The translations under genes and the position numbers were made by a program. Below the pieces are notes generated by a model. That model did not search any database. It worked only from the letters and a program-made list of their open reading frames with translations, and was not told where the DNA came from. DNA of 25,855 nucleotides from an uncultured Candidatus Saccharibacteria bacterium (lineage in GTDB: Bacteria; Patescibacteriota; WWE3; UBA101185; UBA10185). Numbering within the stretch: the first letter of the stretch is position 1; every line of letters begins with the position of its first letter. This document shows positions 25,241-25,855 of this stretch, piece after piece. The stretch is from the NCBI GenBank assembly GCA_964402525.1, contig CAYOCN010000001.1, positions 18,162-44,016 on the forward strand. The letters are read 5' to 3'.

Positions 25241-25855
25241 TTACGGACGTAACCTTTTAACGTCTCTAGGTAAAAAGATAACCTCTTTAATATTTGGCAT
25301 ATCTAAAATTTTCATCACTAATCTAGCAGGACCGATACCAGCACCACCATGTGGCGGACAACCATATTTAAAGAAATTAAAGTAGTCCTCAAGAGATTCT
25401 AAAGGCATACCTTTATCTTGAGCTTGCTTTTGTAATACATCCAAACAATGTTCTCTTTGAGCACCTGTGGTTATTTCAATACCTCTATATAAAAGGTCAA
25501 AACTTTTGGTTAAGGTTTGATCATTTTCGTGGCGCATATGATAGAAGGGACGTACTTCAATAGACCAATCAGTTAAAAACACAAAGTCATGGTTAAATTC
25601 TTCTTTGATTAAACGAGATAGTTCTTTTTCCTCTTCAGGACTTAGGTCATTTACTTTTTCACTTGCCACACCAGCTTTAGTTAATTTTTCTTTAGCTTCT
25701 TTCATAGTTACTTTTGGAAATGGTGTTGTTGGAATTTCAATATCTAAACCAAGATTTTCTTTTATACATTTAAAACCTTCAACAAGCATATCTTCTTCCA
25801 TCTTCATAATTTCAAAATGATCTTTAACGTAAGAAGATTCAAAATCCCAACCGGT
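25241..25855 (-). CDS. aspS: Archaeal/eukaryal-type aspartyl-tRNA synthetase, C-terminal catalytic part (5'-partial)
   Basis: Frame is open to the window edge (TGWDFESSYVKDHFEI precedes the called ATG); RPFYHM, SFDLLYRGIEITTGAQREH, YGCPPHGG, FLPRDVKRLRP. Confidence 0.88.
   Translation of the reverse strand, partial: TGWDFESSYVKDHFEIMKMEEDMLVEGFKCIKENLGLDIEIPTTPFPKVTMKEAKEKLTKAGVASEKVNDLSPEEEKELSRLIKEEFNHDFVFLTDWSIEVRPFYHMRHENDQTLTKSFDLLYRGIEITTGAQREHCLDVLQKQAQDKGMPLESLEDYFNFFKYGCPPHGGAGIGPARLVMKILDMPNIKEVIFLPRDVKRLRP

Noticed and set aside
16061-25820. Remaining small nested or antisense ORFs (16061-16330, 16092-16334, 20275-20505, 20920-21219, 21759-21995, 23383-23568, 23834-24109, 24632-24820, 24753-24941, 24944-25204, 25605-25820)
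   Set aside because: Overlap established genes and have no independent evidence.
1-25855. Alternative genetic code (UGA=Gly), tRNA/rRNA genes, transposases, KOPS GGGNAGGG sites
   Set aside because: TGA ends three genes cleanly and RF2 is present; no tRNA/rRNA, IS or KOPS signatures were found by eye (tRNAscan/Infernal not run).

Overview
Core-genome window of an AT-rich bacterium. 19 of the 22 confidently called genes are on the minus strand. TGA is used as a stop (5783, 6355, 7429) and RF2 is present, so the genetic code is 11. The minimal IF2, degenerate DHH protein, protease-less Lon and archaeal-type AspRS suggest Patescibacteria/CPR, probably Microgenomates/WWE3-like (inference only). 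Order along the window: prfB(+); small membrane protein, ftsK, RNase J, RppH-like Nudix, family-4 UDG, Lon AAA+-only protein, Zn-ribbon membrane protein, pnp, rpsO, degenerate DHH, infB, nusA (all -); RsmF/NOL1-type m5C methyltransferase(+); Zn-finger-less DnaJ, HU, YmdB, rny, recX, recA, gltX (all -); membrane-anchored hypothetical(+); S11 D,D-carboxypeptidase and 5'-partial aspS (-). No rRNA, tRNA, CRISPR or transposase was seen. The main points of interest are: (1) a tightly coupled Lon-AAA/UDG/RppH-like/RNase J operon in which three of four members have altered catalytic or metal-binding architecture; (2) a recurrent (TGn)TAnnnT -10 box 6-8 nt before ATGs, implying leaderless mRNAs alongside SD-led genes; (3) several structured intergenic RNAs (pnp leader, nusA attenuator, HU-dnaJ alternative hairpins, tandem repeat in the rny leader); (4) a possible unannotated 36-aa membrane peptide; (5) an A16 tract in the carboxypeptidase. 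All motif comparisons are from remembered family consensus, not from a run alignment.
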